15,893 bases of DNA from Candidatus Heimdallarchaeota archaeon (GTDB lineage: Archaea > Asgardarchaeota > Heimdallarchaeia > Heimdallarchaeales > Heimdallarchaeaceae). The notes below the pieces were generated by a model. That model ran no database searches, was not told where the DNA came from, and saw only the letters and a list, made by a program, of their open reading frames with translations. The stretch is taken from assembly GCA_030668825.1 (NCBI GenBank), contig DAOVET010000056.1:1-15893 (forward strand), written 5' to 3'. Shown here piece after piece: positions 7,967 through 15,893 of the stretch (position 1 is the first letter of the stretch; each line of letters starts with the position of its first letter). The position numbers and the translations under genes were made by a program.

Positions 7967-8215
7967 TTATTGGGTCTGTTTTCCTTTGTTTTCCTTATAC
8001 CAACTTGGTTCTCTTAATTCTCCAAGTTTTTTGTTAAATTCTTGTACAAGTTTTCTAGCTTGAGAATTAGTTTCAACTGCTATTTTCTCAACTTTACTAA
8101 GATTGATTCTGCGTTCACAGTAAGGACACATCTTAGTCTTTTGAATAGCTTTGCAATAACTGAATTTTCCACAAGATAAATTACTACACCTTACAACGTA
8201 ATATTCTGTTTTCAT
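7967..8215 (-). CDS. DUF1922-like Zn-ribbon protein
   Basis: YYVVRCSNLSCGKFSY...TKMCPYCERRINL...ARKLVQEFN. ATG at 8215, preceded by GGAG, is preferred over TTG at 8230, which overlaps yjbQ. Confidence 0.72.
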   Translation of the reverse strand: MKTEYYVVRCSNLSCGKFSYCKAIQKTKMCPYCERRINLSKVEKIAVETNSQARKLVQEFNKKLGELREPSWYKENKGKQTQ

Positions 8216-8219
8216 AATT

Positions 8220-8633
8220 CTATTCTCCAACTACTGTAACTGCAACTTTTCTAGAACGAGGTCTTATATCTAGACATACAAAAACAGGTTGTTGCCATGT
8301 TCCTAGTTGTAATTGTCCTTCTTGTATTGAGAATGAGATGCTCGGCCCTATTAATGAAGCTCGAAGATGAGAATGAGCATTTGAGTCAATGAAATCATGT
8401 TTATACCCAGCTCCCTTTGGTACTAATTTCTGTAGAATCTGTTTAAAATCATCTAAAACCCCTCTTTCATACTCTATTGCAGTTAAAGCCCCAGTAGATC
8501 CTATGACATTGGCACTTAGAATTCCATTTTCTATTGTTGATTCTTTTAATATTGCTTCAAAATCTTGAGTTAGATCTACTATATCAATTTCTCCTTCTGT
8601 TTGAAAATGAATTATTTTTGTGAAGATTTGCAT
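8220..8633 (-). CDS. yjbQ: YjbQ/UPF0047 family protein (secondary thiamine-phosphate synthase-like)
   Basis: IVDLT, GSTGAL..IEYE, YKHD..DSNAHSHLRASLIGPS and LGTWQ..F..D.RPR.R motifs. ATG at 8633 is preferred over GTG at 8642. Confidence 0.92.
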   Translation of the reverse strand: MQIFTKIIHFQTEGEIDIVDLTQDFEAILKESTIENGILSANVIGSTGALTAIEYERGVLDDFKQILQKLVPKGAGYKHDFIDSNAHSHLRASLIGPSISFSIQEGQLQLGTWQQPVFVCLDIRPRSRKVAVTVVGE

Positions 8634-8775
8634 TTTGAACACTTAACATTCTGTTATTCTATCAATGTGATTTTTGTTAAAAAACCAATCGGTTACAGAA
8701 AAACAATAATCTTATTCGTAATGATAACTTCCAAAAGAAATAAGAATTAGATTCACAAAATAGTTTCAGAGATAC

Positions 8776-9480
8776 ATGTCAGACCCAGATATAAAAATGA
8801 ACATTCTAATAGAAGAAGCCAATGCCAACTATAAAGCAAATCGTTTCAAGGATGCTGCTCGAACATTTGAGCATCTCATTACTCTAGCCATTCAAAATGA
8901 TGAACTCGAAGAAGCAATTTATTTTGCGTATAGAGCAGCTGATTGTTGGAAAAAAGATAAGAATACTATGAACAGAGCGGTCATTTTTAGAGATATAGGT
9001 AATATGGCATGTAATTTTAGTATTCAAATAGTTGAATCTAATCTCTCCAAACTAAAAAAATTAGATGAAAAAGCTAAAGCTCTAGAAATAGCTGGAGATT
9101 GTCTGTTAGGAAGAGATATTAAATTAGCAAAAGAAAGATTTCAGGAAAGTATTAATCTGTATAACGAACTTGCAGAAAAAGAAAAAGATTCGAACAAGAA
9201 GGTTCAATTTCTGAGAGATGCTTTAGAAGTAACTGTAAAGTTAGAAAATGCCAAAGCAAAAAAAGATTTGATGATAAGAATTGCTAATATGCATGTTTCA
9301 AACTCAGAGAAGGAATCAAAGAAGAAGACACCTGAAGGAATTCAAATCGCTCTCAGATCTTATGAAGATGCTCTTGATATGTTTAAAGAATTAAAATTGA
9401 AAGAAGATATTCAAACCATCACAAAGAAAATAGAGGGGCTTAAAAAGCAAGTAGAAGCATATGATCCCTTTGCTACATAA
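8776..9480 (+). CDS. Hypothetical TPR/alpha-SNAP-like helical repeat protein
   Basis: 234 aa with repeated helix-pair signatures (DAARTF, EAIYFAYRAADCW, KALEIAGDCL, AKERFQESINLY, ALRSYEDALDMF). Confidence 0.75.
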   Translation: MSDPDIKMNILIEEANANYKANRFKDAARTFEHLITLAIQNDELEEAIYFAYRAADCWKKDKNTMNRAVIFRDIGNMACNFSIQIVESNLSKLKKLDEKAKALEIAGDCLLGRDIKLAKERFQESINLYNELAEKEKDSNKKVQFLRDALEVTVKLENAKAKKDLMIRIANMHVSNSEKESKKKTPEGIQIALRSYEDALDMFKELKLKEDIQTITKKIEGLKKQVEAYDPFAT

Positions 9481-9560
9481 TGAAAAAGTTTTTCTCTTAA
9501 TTCTTCTTTCAAAGAAATTTTTTTGTTCATAAAGATAGGATTTTTATTTCAATTATCAAT

Positions 9561-9574
9561 AAAAATATAAAAAG
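9561..9574 (+). promoter_or_regulatory. Putative BRE/TATA promoter of tRNA-Arg (possibly also tsr3)
   Basis: AAAAATATAAAAAG lies ~25-35 bp upstream of the tRNA 5' end, the typical archaeal spacing. Confidence 0.5.
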
Positions 9575-9597
9575 AAGATTCAAACAAGAAACAATTT

Positions 9598-9674
9598 GAT
9601 CCCGTAGCTCAGTTGGATAGAGCGTTTGCCTCCTAAGCAAATGGTCGCGCGTTCGAATCGCGTCGGGATCGCCA
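9598..9674 (+). tRNA. tRNA-Arg (anticodon CCT), intronless, CCA encoded
   Basis: Cloverleaf: acceptor GATCCCG/CGGGATC; D-stem GCTC/GAGC with A20 (Arg identity element); anticodon stem TTTGC/GCAAA with loop CT-CCT-AA; T-arm GCGCG-TTCGAAT-CGCGT; discriminator G followed by CCA. Confidence 0.97.
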
Positions 9675-9710
9675 ATCTTCTCTTAAATTCCACCTTATAA
9701 TGTGGTATAA

Positions 9711-10250
9711 ATGAAAAAACATCCCGCTGTTCAAATTCCTGTTTATATTTGTAATTTCAAAACTTGTAACCCAAAAATGTGTACCGCAATTAGAGTACTT
9801 AAATTCAAGAAAGCTGAACCTATTTCCGTTGGAAAAATTCATTCTAAGCTTATTGTTTTAACTCCATTTGCTGAATATGCTCTTTCTCCTGCTGATTTGG
9901 ATTTGGCTAAGAAAAACGGTGTTGTGGGGGTTGATTGCTCATGGAACAACATAAAAAGCGGGAGCAAAGCTCTTGAGAAAGGAACTGGAAGGGCTTTACC
10001 TTTTCTAATTGCAGCCAATCCAAACAACTATGGTGTTCCTTCTAAATTAAGTACTTTAGAAGCCTTAGCTGCAGCTTTGTTTATTTTGGGAGCTAAAGAA
10101 CAAAGTTTGGCTATATTATCTCTTGTAGAGTGGGGAAAAGAATTCTATAAGATTAACAGGACCTATCTTGAAAGTTACTCCAAATCTAGTAATAGCCATG
10201 AAATTATTGAAACACAAAGAGAAATAATGAACAAACTATATCCTGAATGA
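9711..10250 (+). CDS. tsr3: 16S/18S rRNA aminocarboxypropyltransferase Tsr3
   Basis: CNPKMCTA, LTPFA..ALSPAD, VDCSW and RALPFLIAANPNNYG.PSKLSTLEALAAAL..WG.EF..IN are canonical Tsr3 motifs. Confidence 0.95.
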   Translation: MKKHPAVQIPVYICNFKTCNPKMCTAIRVLKFKKAEPISVGKIHSKLIVLTPFAEYALSPADLDLAKKNGVVGVDCSWNNIKSGSKALEKGTGRALPFLIAANPNNYGVPSKLSTLEALAAALFILGAKEQSLAILSLVEWGKEFYKINRTYLESYSKSSNSHEIIETQREIMNKLYPE

Positions 10251-10320
10251 TTATTTTAGTTTGGTAGAATGTGTTCAGTTACAAAATTTTTTTTAATAAG
10301 TGATTTCATTGAAAAGTGTT

Positions 10321-11442
10321 ATGAAAATAGGAATTAACTGCTTCCCAACTGTAGGAGGATCTGGTATTGTTGCTACACAATTAGCAATTGAGTTAGCTAA
10401 AAAAGGTCATGATATACATTTGATAAGTTATGATACACCCTTCTTACTACGAACTTATAGACACCCCAATATAACGCTTGACCTTGTAGATATTATTTCA
10501 TATCCCCTGTTCAAAGATATAGGAACTCCATATACGATATTAGCTGGATCAAAACTTGCTCGTATAGCTGAAAAATCTGATCTGGATTTACTACACATTC
10601 ATTATGCTATTCCTGTAGGAGTTTCAGCATATCTAGCAAAGCAGATTTCTGGTGTTCCTGTCGCAATTACGGCTCATGGTTCTGATATTCATACTTTGGG
10701 AGTAGATCCTGCATATAATCCAGTGATTTCCCATGTTTTTGATAATATTGATGGTTTATCAACTGTTTCAGAATATATGAAAAGAGAGATGGAAGAAAAA
10801 TTTTTTCACAATAAAGAAATTGAAGTTTTATACAATCCAATTGACATTGAAAAATATAAGAGAATAGATACTAAGTTATGTGACTTTAGAATTCAACATG
10901 AGAAAAACTTTGTACACGTTTCAAATTTCAGACCTGTCAAAAATGTCCCATTTATTGTAGAGGCATTCGCTAAAGTGGTTAAAAAACATCCAGACACAGG
11001 ATTGATAATGGTGGGAGAAGGACCTGAAAGAAAGAAATGTGAGGAAATAGCTAGTAAGTTGGGAATAAGGGATAATGTTACTTTCCAAGGAGTCAGAGTT
11101 TCAATCGCGCCAATTTATAACTGCGCTTCAGCTCTATTGTCAGCAAGTACAAACGAAAGCTTCGGGTTAACGATTGCTGAATCTATGTCCTGTGAAATTC
11201 CTGTAATAGCACCTAAAGTTGGTGGGATTCCGGAGGTAATTGACCACGAAGTAAATGGCTATGTCTATGAGCTTGGAAACAGTGAATCATTGGTGAAATA
11301 TATGCTTGAATTATTAGATAATCCTCAACGTGTAAGACAGATGGGTGCAAAAGGGAGACAAAAGGTCATTGATCAATTTGAAGCTGGAAAAATTGCTGAT
11401 AAGTACATTAAGTGGTATAACAGAGTTCTGGAAAATCTATAA
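10321..11442 (+). CDS. bshA: N-acetyl-alpha-D-glucosaminyl L-malate synthase (GT4), bacillithiol biosynthesis
   Basis: MKIGINCFPTVGGSGIVATQLA, SYPLF, HIHYAIP, TAHGSDI, HVSNFRPVK and ESFGL..AESM are BshA-type motifs; adjacent to bshC. ATG at 10321 is preferred over GTG at 10300. Confidence 0.88.
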   Translation: MKIGINCFPTVGGSGIVATQLAIELAKKGHDIHLISYDTPFLLRTYRHPNITLDLVDIISYPLFKDIGTPYTILAGSKLARIAEKSDLDLLHIHYAIPVGVSAYLAKQISGVPVAITAHGSDIHTLGVDPAYNPVISHVFDNIDGLSTVSEYMKREMEEKFFHNKEIEVLYNPIDIEKYKRIDTKLCDFRIQHEKNFVHVSNFRPVKNVPFIVEAFAKVVKKHPDTGLIMVGEGPERKKCEEIASKLGIRDNVTFQGVRVSIAPIYNCASALLSASTNESFGLTIAESMSCEIPVIAPKVGGIPEVIDHEVNGYVYELGNSESLVKYMLELLDNPQRVRQMGAKGRQKVIDQFEAGKIADKYIKWYNRVLENL

Positions 11443-13059
11443 TCTAGCATTAATATAACCTATTCCTCCTATAGGCGTATCTTTGCTATAATAACGCCTA
11501 TATGATGCTAAGTAATCTCCCAATCCCGTTACACTTGCCATGATGAACCAAGGCCAGCTTACTTCTTGCCACTTATGAAATCCATCATACATACCAAATT
11601 GCCAAGATTTGTATCTTTCAATTATACTATTTGGTTTATCTGAGTGTTTTATTACTTCTGACATCTTTGTTTTTATAATATCAGCCAAATGTTCTGATTC
11701 AAAAGACAGTTGTTCTTTTTCTCCTTTTCTTCTAGCTTTAGATAAACTTCCAAGTGTTTTGAAAAAATCTCCTGAAAATAGAGAAATTGATTCATCTTTT
11801 ATTTCATGATTAAGATTTTCAATCCAAGGAGTATTATATAATATTCTTGTATATTTTACAAAAATTGGGAATTTCAGACCAATCTTTCTTGTTGCTGGAA
11901 TTACTTGAGCGTTATAATTAATTTCTCCTGGTCCTGAAACCCTGACATACACTGGCATTATAGCTTGAAGGAGAGCTTGATTAGTATCTAATCTAGGAAC
12001 TAGATTTAAAGAAAGCGAAGAAAGATCAATGTTATTCTTATCAATATCAAATGAATATTTTTCCTCATCTAGAGGGCATTCCCCACTGAATGATAACACA
12101 CTATTTTCTTCTTTACAAGAAAGATTAAGTCTGTAGCCATCATTTGGACATTCATAGAAGAAAGGAGAAAATGTTTCTGCCTTTTTTGCTGTAGTAGTTT
12201 GATATCCTAATTCCTCTATTTTCTCTGATGCTTCATTGAACTCCTTAATATATTCCATTCTTTTTTCAAGAAAAGGTTTGTAACCATCTGTTGTTAACTT
12301 CCTGATTTCAGGATGAGAGGAAGGAAAGAAAATGACACCCCAATCATTAATTATATTCGCTTGGATTCCCCATAATAGAGTGATCCACTCACCTATGTCT
12401 TTCGAAGTCCTATACGTCTCTCTAATAAAAGTGAGAATATGGTCGACTTTCTCTGTGAATATTTCATGAGAGTTTTTTTCTATTGATGTTCTAAATTCAT
12501 TGAATATGTTCTTTACTATTGAAAGACTCTCTTCCATCCATTCATACTGGTTAGCTAAAATTTGGCTTGAAACTAGTCCATCTATTGCATTAGGTAAGAA
12601 AATTGATTTACTTATCGATGATTGATTATTGGGAAGATGAATAGTTGAAATTTCTGGTTGAATGCTATCATGAGTATTTACTAGAAACATAGGAACTAGA
12701 TAATGACCTTTTTCTTTACTAACGTCTGAAATTGTAGTGACTGTAGCAATTTTATTTCCAATAATTCCTGAACCTCCAAAGATAGTAGCTTGTTGTCCTC
12801 CTAAAACTATTCCTTGATGAATCAAATCTATATTGCGACTAACTTTCTCAGTTAGTAAACCTAAATCTTTGTGATAATTCTTAAGAATACGCTTTAATTC
12901 ATCTATTTTGTTGGAATCGATCTTAATTTCAGATGATTCTTTGGCTAAGCTGATTGCATCAGCTATCGTTTTAGGTACATTCCCATAGAAATAATTGATG
13001 TCAGGTAAATTAGAAACGTTTCTAACAAATTTTTCGTACAGGTCACCTAGTGGTCCCAT
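11437..13059 (-). CDS. bshC: Bacillithiol biosynthesis cysteine-adding enzyme BshC (divergent)
   Basis: 540 aa, the expected size. IVLGGQQATIFGG (cf. GQQ..L..G), LVPMF, LSLNLVPR..Q..IMP..VRVSGPGEINYNAQ (cf. GPGE..Y.AQ) and C-terminal WQEV. Convergent with bshA, overlapping it by 6 bp. Confidence 0.82.
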   Translation of the reverse strand: MGPLGDLYEKFVRNVSNLPDINYFYGNVPKTIADAISLAKESSEIKIDSNKIDELKRILKNYHKDLGLLTEKVSRNIDLIHQGIVLGGQQATIFGGSGIIGNKIATVTTISDVSKEKGHYLVPMFLVNTHDSIQPEISTIHLPNNQSSISKSIFLPNAIDGLVSSQILANQYEWMEESLSIVKNIFNEFRTSIEKNSHEIFTEKVDHILTFIRETYRTSKDIGEWITLLWGIQANIINDWGVIFFPSSHPEIRKLTTDGYKPFLEKRMEYIKEFNEASEKIEELGYQTTTAKKAETFSPFFYECPNDGYRLNLSCKEENSVLSFSGECPLDEEKYSFDIDKNNIDLSSLSLNLVPRLDTNQALLQAIMPVYVRVSGPGEINYNAQVIPATRKIGLKFPIFVKYTRILYNTPWIENLNHEIKDESISLFSGDFFKTLGSLSKARRKGEKEQLSFESEHLADIIKTKMSEVIKHSDKPNSIIERYKSWQFGMYDGFHKWQEVSWPWFIMASVTGLGDYLASYRRYYSKDTPIGGIGYINARL

Positions 13060-13312
13060 AGTTTAAAATTAAAATGACTATTCTTAACAATTTTTATATA
13101 TCGTACTTCATTAAGTCCATTGCTGATAAGGTGAAATTTAGCATTATTTATTTCTAGATGCCAATAAAAACCCATATGTCTGCCTTTTCTTCAGTTTTAT
13201 TTGAAAAAATAAGCATATATCTCTAATTTTCATTGATTCTTACATAAATTTTTTAAATGTAAACCTCTTAATGAAACATCAAGTAATAATATTCTAAAGG
13301 TGAAAAAAAGAA

Positions 13313-13477
13313 ATGGCTAAAGAGTGCCCCAAGTGTCACAGTAGGAATTTAAAAGAAGTAGAGGATAAGTCTAAAGCAATTGCGTATTTCAATCATCAAC
13401 CAATCTATAAAAAGAAAAATGTCTGTAAAGAATGCACATACGAATGGTCCGATGAAGGCGGCGCAGAGGCTGTATAA
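13313..13477 (+). CDS. Small C4 Zn-ribbon protein (54 aa), not in the ORF track
   Basis: MAKECPKCHSRNLKEVEDKSKAIAYFNHQPIYKKKNVCKECTYEWSDEGGAEAV*. Two CxxC pairs, SD AGGTGA at 13298-13303, and a pyrimidine-rich tract after the stop. Confidence 0.85.
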   Translation: MAKECPKCHSRNLKEVEDKSKAIAYFNHQPIYKKKNVCKECTYEWSDEGGAEAV

Positions 13478-13480
13478 AAC

Positions 13481-13515
13481 CTTCTTTATTCTATTTTCTT
13501 TCTCTTTCTCTTCTG
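13481..13515 (+). terminator. Putative archaeal oligo-T/pyrimidine terminator
   Basis: CTTCTTTATTCTATTTTCTTTCTCTTTCTCTTCTG immediately after the small Zn-ribbon ORF. Confidence 0.4.
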
Positions 13516-13567
13516 AAATGAATTCTATACTTAATTTCTATTTTGCGTTACCTGTAGGGATTCACTG

Positions 13568-14722
13568 ATGAAGTTGAAAGCATCAATACGTAAGTACATT
13601 TTCCGTTTTCTAGTAATTATAATAATGGTAGGAACTTTATTGTATTTTTTCCTTACTTTAGATGTTAAGGGTTCATTTAATCTTTACAAAACTGCTGTCT
13701 TTTATCTCCTTATACTTGCTCTGCTCTTTATGATTATCAGTGCAATAGTTAAAGCATATCGCTTCTATATCCTAATCAAACCTTCATCTCCTGATCTTAA
13801 ATTCATTAAGTTTTTCATTCCATATTTCGTTGGGTACGGTTTTAGTGTTCTTGGACCTTTTAAAACAGGAGAAATTGCAAGTGTTGAGATAAACAAACGT
13901 TCATTAGATGTTCCTCGCTCCTCTTCTCTTGCAGCGCTTGCTTTTTTTAGAATAGTAGATATGTTTGTAGTACTTGTCTTCTTTATTATCGCGCTTGGAG
14001 TAACTGTTCCTGAGATTATCAATTATATTGAACAAAAGAGTGCACTCCTTCAGGTGCAATCATCATTTTACTACATAAAACAGAAAATTTCTATTTGGGA
14101 ATTCTTGTCATCTGGATTAACCGGCAATATTCAATTAGCAATCCAGATTGTCTTTTATATTGCAATTGTTGGTACAGTGATTCTAACATTCATACTTTTC
14201 TTTCCTCCAGTGGGAAGATTAGTTCTCAGAATAATAGTTAAAATTACAGGCAAAATGTCAACAAAAGGTAAAATATGGTTGGAAAATAAAATTGTCACTG
14301 CCTTAGATGATTATTATAACTCACTTAAACTCCTTTACACAAAAAAAATGATTGCAACTATGGTTGTTGTTACAACAGTATTTCGTTGGATATTAGAATT
14401 CTATTCGCTAAAATTCACACTAATGGCATTTGGAGGAAATATTTCTTTAGTAAATGCAGCTTCAGTTACCTCAATTACCTTACTTGTTGGACTATTAACT
14501 TTCGTACCAGCAGGTTTAGGAACAGGAACTATAACTACTCAAACCCTCTTTAAGGGATTAAATATATCATCTGTGGTTGCAGGTGCAACAATAATCTTCC
14601 AAACTTTAATAGGCACAGGTCTCACACTTTCAATTGCTGCTTTCTCTTCCATTTTCCTAAAAGAGAAAAAGATTGAAATGATTGATGAGGAAAAAGAACT
14701 ATCTTCAGAAAATTCTGAATAA
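13568..14722 (+). CDS. Lysylphosphatidylglycerol synthase TM-domain (UPF0104) membrane protein, flippase-like
   Basis: Multiple hydrophobic segments with KAYRF..LI, GPFKTGEI, FRIVD and TFVPAGLGT motifs typical of the LPG_synthase_TM family. Confidence 0.85.
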   Translation: MKLKASIRKYIFRFLVIIIMVGTLLYFFLTLDVKGSFNLYKTAVFYLLILALLFMIISAIVKAYRFYILIKPSSPDLKFIKFFIPYFVGYGFSVLGPFKTGEIASVEINKRSLDVPRSSSLAALAFFRIVDMFVVLVFFIIALGVTVPEIINYIEQKSALLQVQSSFYYIKQKISIWEFLSSGLTGNIQLAIQIVFYIAIVGTVILTFILFFPPVGRLVLRIIVKITGKMSTKGKIWLENKIVTALDDYYNSLKLLYTKKMIATMVVVTTVFRWILEFYSLKFTLMAFGGNISLVNAASVTSITLLVGLLTFVPAGLGTGTITTQTLFKGLNISSVVAGATIIFQTLIGTGLTLSIAAFSSIFLKEKKIEMIDEEKELSSENSE

Positions 14723-14724
14723 AA

Positions 14725-15447
14725 CTATATTCCTTTTTTAAGACGGTTTATCAGAAAATGATGAAACCCTAACTCTTCCATCTTATTACAAGTAAGTTCA
14801 ACATCATATTCAAGTCTTATGTGTTCATATTCGAACCTCTTAGTTTCTTCATCAATTTTGAATGTCATATATGACGCTCTTGGATCATTATCTCTTGGTT
14901 GTCCCACTGATCCTGGATTCAAGAGATGCTTTTCTTCGTTGACAATATGTAAAGGTTTGTGAGTATGACCTAAAAATAGAAAATCTATTTCAGTAAACTC
15001 TCTCGTAATTTCAAAAAACATGTTATATGACCATGACGGTAAATCTGGAGAAACATAGTCTCGTAAAGGTCTTCTTGGAGACCCATGAACAAACATTGCA
15101 TTTCCTTCAGAGATAAAAAGAGGAAAAATGGAAAAGAATGGGTGAGACCCTAGGAGTTGTTTTTCTCTATCAGAAAGTATATTTTTAGTCCACGAAAGGG
15201 ATATTTTTGGTAATGGGTTGAAATATTTGAAATTATCTTTCCAGATGGCATAATCATGATTTCCAACAACATGGATTTGAGCTAAGTTTTCCACAATTTC
15301 TATACATTCTTTTGGATTGGGACCATAACCAACAGTGTCCCCAAGGTAGATAATAATATCCGGTGATGAGTCTTTAATGTGATCTGTTACAATGTTAAGA
15401 GCTTCTAAGTTGGAATGTACATCTGAAAATATTGCCAGAGTTATCAT
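14725..15447 (-). CDS. Calcineurin-like metallophosphoesterase
   Basis: SDVHSN, GDTVGYG, GNHD, HGSP, GHTH and NPGSVGQPRD motifs. ATG at 15447 (MITLAIFSD) is preferred over 15483. Confidence 0.92.
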   Translation of the reverse strand: MITLAIFSDVHSNLEALNIVTDHIKDSSPDIIIYLGDTVGYGPNPKECIEIVENLAQIHVVGNHDYAIWKDNFKYFNPLPKISLSWTKNILSDREKQLLGSHPFFSIFPLFISEGNAMFVHGSPRRPLRDYVSPDLPSWSYNMFFEITREFTEIDFLFLGHTHKPLHIVNEEKHLLNPGSVGQPRDNDPRASYMTFKIDEETKRFEYEHIRLEYDVELTCNKMEELGFHHFLINRLKKGI

Positions 15448-15531
15448 GAAATTATCAACTATAGATGTAATATTGCTGAACATAGTAATAAGATTTTTTC
15501 AAAGAATATAAAATAAAAAGAAAAGAAATTA

Positions 15532-15893
15532 TTACTCTTCTTTAACAACTTTAAATCGTTTTGTAGCCAAACCACCGATAACAGCGAGACCAATAGATGT
15601 GATAAATATGATCAGAGCTATTATATCAATCCTAATGCTTGTATTGAGAACTGGCTCGATGAAAACCTCAACTAGATTGGTTTCATTGTAACCATACCCT
15701 CTCTTATGCATACGAATTGAAACATCTACAAATTGAGTTCTAATACTTGCAGCTGGAACAATTTTTCCATTGAAGTTTATCTCATCACCAGTACTGATTA
15801 GAAGTTCTTTGTTGATATCTGCTTTCAATTCTAGTACAACAATCCAAACTTGAACATCTGCTATTGTACTGTTTTCATCTCCTCTAACGGTAA
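15532..15893 (-). CDS. C-terminal part of a membrane-anchored extracellular protein (start lies beyond the window)
   Basis: The frame stays open to the window edge (TVRGDENSTIADVQVWIVVLELKAD...). N-glycosylation sequons NST, NET and NTS; C-terminal TM helix followed by basic KRFK. Confidence 0.7.
   Translation of the reverse strand, partial: TVRGDENSTIADVQVWIVVLELKADINKELLISTGDEINFNGKIVPAASIRTQFVDVSIRMHKRGYGYNETNLVEVFIEPVLNTSIRIDIIALIIFITSIGLAVIGGLATKRFKVVKEE

Noticed and set aside
9633-10027. Minus-strand ORFs of 69 and 62 aa
   Set aside because: Antisense to tRNA-Arg and tsr3.
10248-10320. Selenocysteine readthrough at the TGA stops of tsr3 or cofC
   Set aside because: Both proteins are full length at their TGA, and I recognised no SECIS-like hairpin.
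11609-11809. 66-aa plus-strand ORF
   Set aside because: Antisense shadow of bshC.
9650-13059. bshA/bshC as a genomic island integrated at tRNA-Arg
   Set aside because: I saw no duplicated tRNA 3' end, integrase or evident composition shift, and the core gene tsr3 follows the tRNA directly.
13380-13568. 62-aa plus-strand ORF from the track
   Set aside because: Out of frame with the better-supported Zn-ribbon ORF 13313-13477 and runs through its terminator tract.
13765-14022. 85-aa minus-strand ORF
   Set aside because: Antisense to the membrane protein gene.

Overview
AT-rich archaeal chromosomal window, densely coding, with no mobile element or CRISPR array. Archaeal family markers (cofC, cofD, MJ0144-type TIM barrel, RpoH-type domain, OapC-like and DUF1922-like Zn-ribbon proteins, tsr3) plus eukaryote-like proteins suggest an Asgard archaeon, possibly Heimdallarchaeia-like; this is inferred, not proven. 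Minus strand, in transcription order: yjbQ, DUF1922-like protein, a 755-aa helical protein, a BpsA-like aminopropyltransferase, an OapC-like Zn ribbon, an unusually long Rpb5/RpoH, then a cofD / Dus-like / cofC / Xaa-Pro peptidase operon. To the right: a SNAP/TPR-like protein, tRNA-Arg(CCT), tsr3, a convergent bshA/bshC pair, a 54-aa Zn-ribbon gene missing from the ORF track, an LPG-synthase-TM membrane protein, a metallophosphoesterase and a partial surface protein. Highlights: (1) a two-domain, eukaryote-like Rpb5 with a histone H1-like Lys-rich tail, outside the rpo operon; (2) bacillithiol-type biosynthesis genes in an archaeon, with a divergent BshC; (3) a Dus-like flavoenzyme between cofD and cofC, a candidate F420-pathway reductase; (4) a BpsA homologue with altered motifs. 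All family calls come from motif recognition by eye; no database searches were run.
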